DNA of 63,839 nt, counting the filler, from Folioceros fuciformis (taxonomy: Eukaryota): NCBI GenBank assembly GCA_049999805.1. It is 7 parts of 7 records of this genome, joined end to end, with 100 filler letters (N's around TTAATTAATTAA, not from the genome) between each part and the next. Parts side by side here need not be neighbours in the genome. Positions count along the whole stretch, not along the records: positions 62,669 to 63,839 come from JBNGIO010001745.1; 6 more parts are not named here. One strand, 5' to 3'. Within the stretch, counting starts at the first letter, position 1. Each line of letters starts with the position of its first letter. Made by a program: the position numbers and the translations under genes. Shown piece by piece: positions 62,669-63,839 of the stretch. The notes under the pieces were generated by a model, which ran no database searches, had not been told where the DNA came from, and saw only the letters and a list, made by a program, of their open reading frames with translations.

Positions 62669-63839
62669 GGCAGACGGCAACTCGGTCAGGCTGCAAGCAG
62701 GCAGCTTGGCCTGGTAGCAGGCCACTAGCCGCTGTAGCAAGGCGGCCTCGTAGCGGCAGTGGGGACAGGGTGGTATGTGGTCCAGCCAGGGCAGATCCGA
62801 CCAAGCAACTAGTTGATCGGCTGGGCAGGGGCCTGGTCATGGTGACTGGTCGCGGTGGGGCCAGAAAGGCGCTGGCCGGATCGCCAACCAGCCAGTGGGC
62901 AGGCCAGAAGCAGGCGGTTCCAGCCAGGCATCTAGGCAGCAGCCGGGTAGCTCGGCGGCAGGCTGGTGGGCAAGCGTCCGGCAGGCGAACCTGCCTGGCT
63001 GGATCTGGAGGCAGCTAGCGGCCCTGGCAAATCGGCCTGGGCAAGCAGGCAACGGCCAGGGGAGTCGGGCAAGCGGGCAGGCTGCCTGGCCAGATCCAAG
63101 CCGGGCTGGCCAGCGGGCGAGTCTAGGCACGAGAGCTGGTTGGTAGGGGGGCCTACAAGATCCGGCTGGCTTCCCAGTTGGATCTAGCCAGCCAGCAGGC
63201 TAGCCAGGCCACGGGCAGCAGCGGCCGTGGATGGCGTGCGACCGGATGGCGGGCAGGATCGATCGGCAGGCCAGGCGGGTTGAGCTAGGCTTGGCCAGAT
63301 CCTGACCAGCAGGACACTCCGAGCATGGCAGGCCGAGGCCAAAGTCGGAAGTCGGGCGGTGGCCTGGCTGCAGGATCCCGGCAGGAGGCGGGCAGCCGGG
63401 ATGGACCCAAGTCAGCCAAGCCGGGGGGGAAACAAACTGGTCGTGGCTGGAGGTGGCTGCAAGCTAGAAAGGTAGCCAGCAGTGCCTGGCCGGGGGGGAG
63501 GAGTGTATGCGGCTGGCCAAGGTGGATTCAGGCCGACTGGCTGGGCCTGGCCAATCGGCGGGCTGGGCTGATTAGGGCCGGCTAGCAGGTAAGGCCCGGG
63601 AGAGGTAGGCCAGGGGAACAGAACGGGCGGCTGGTCGGGCGGATCCTGGTAGGTGGGTCTGGCCGGATCGCCATGCGGCCGCTGGCTGGCTGCAGTAGCA
63701 AATCGGTCTGCAGGCTGGCGGGTTGGATTTAGCCAGCCAGGGGACCGGCTTGGCTGCAGCTAGAGGCGGCCAGGCAGGCAGCCCGAGGTGGCGCTGGATC
63801 CAGGCCAGACGGGCCTTGGGCTGATCCAAGCGGTAATGG
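62669..63839. repeat. Third GC-rich low-complexity arm
   Basis: Shares GGTTGGATTTAG.CAGCCAGGGGACCGG..TGGCTG.AGCT.GAGG with about 58573-58620, and GCGCTGGATC..GGCC with about 20423. Confidence 0.7.

Overview
Eukaryotic nuclear DNA from a land plant. Compact GT-AG introns of about 80-150 bp and high gene density suggest a seed-free lineage (bryophyte or lycophyte; inferred, species not determinable). The window is not one contiguous molecule: seven contigs are joined by 100-bp N-TTAATTAATTAA-N spacers. Host genes: class III peroxidase (3' end outside window), plastid ClpP5, nuclear CemA-like DLDG1, SF3B4/SAP49, an intronless SYP13-type syntaxin, a mitochondrial ATP synthase subunit f-like gene, a 2OG-Fe(II) dioxygenase, eIF3h, an aldehyde oxidase, a triple RanBP2 zinc-finger gene and a MATH-BTB (BPM) gene. 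The rest is decayed transposons: four Ty1/Copia pieces, an LTR family with accessory ORFs and GC-rich low-complexity arms, and minisatellites. The most unusual item is a degenerate bacterial-type beta-class N4C/N6A DNA methyltransferase gene (about 50870-51778). It lies head-to-head with a DUF7869/Sola-like DDE transposase remnant and is bracketed by two copies of a GC-rich hairpin, which suggests a methyltransferase-carrying DNA transposon.
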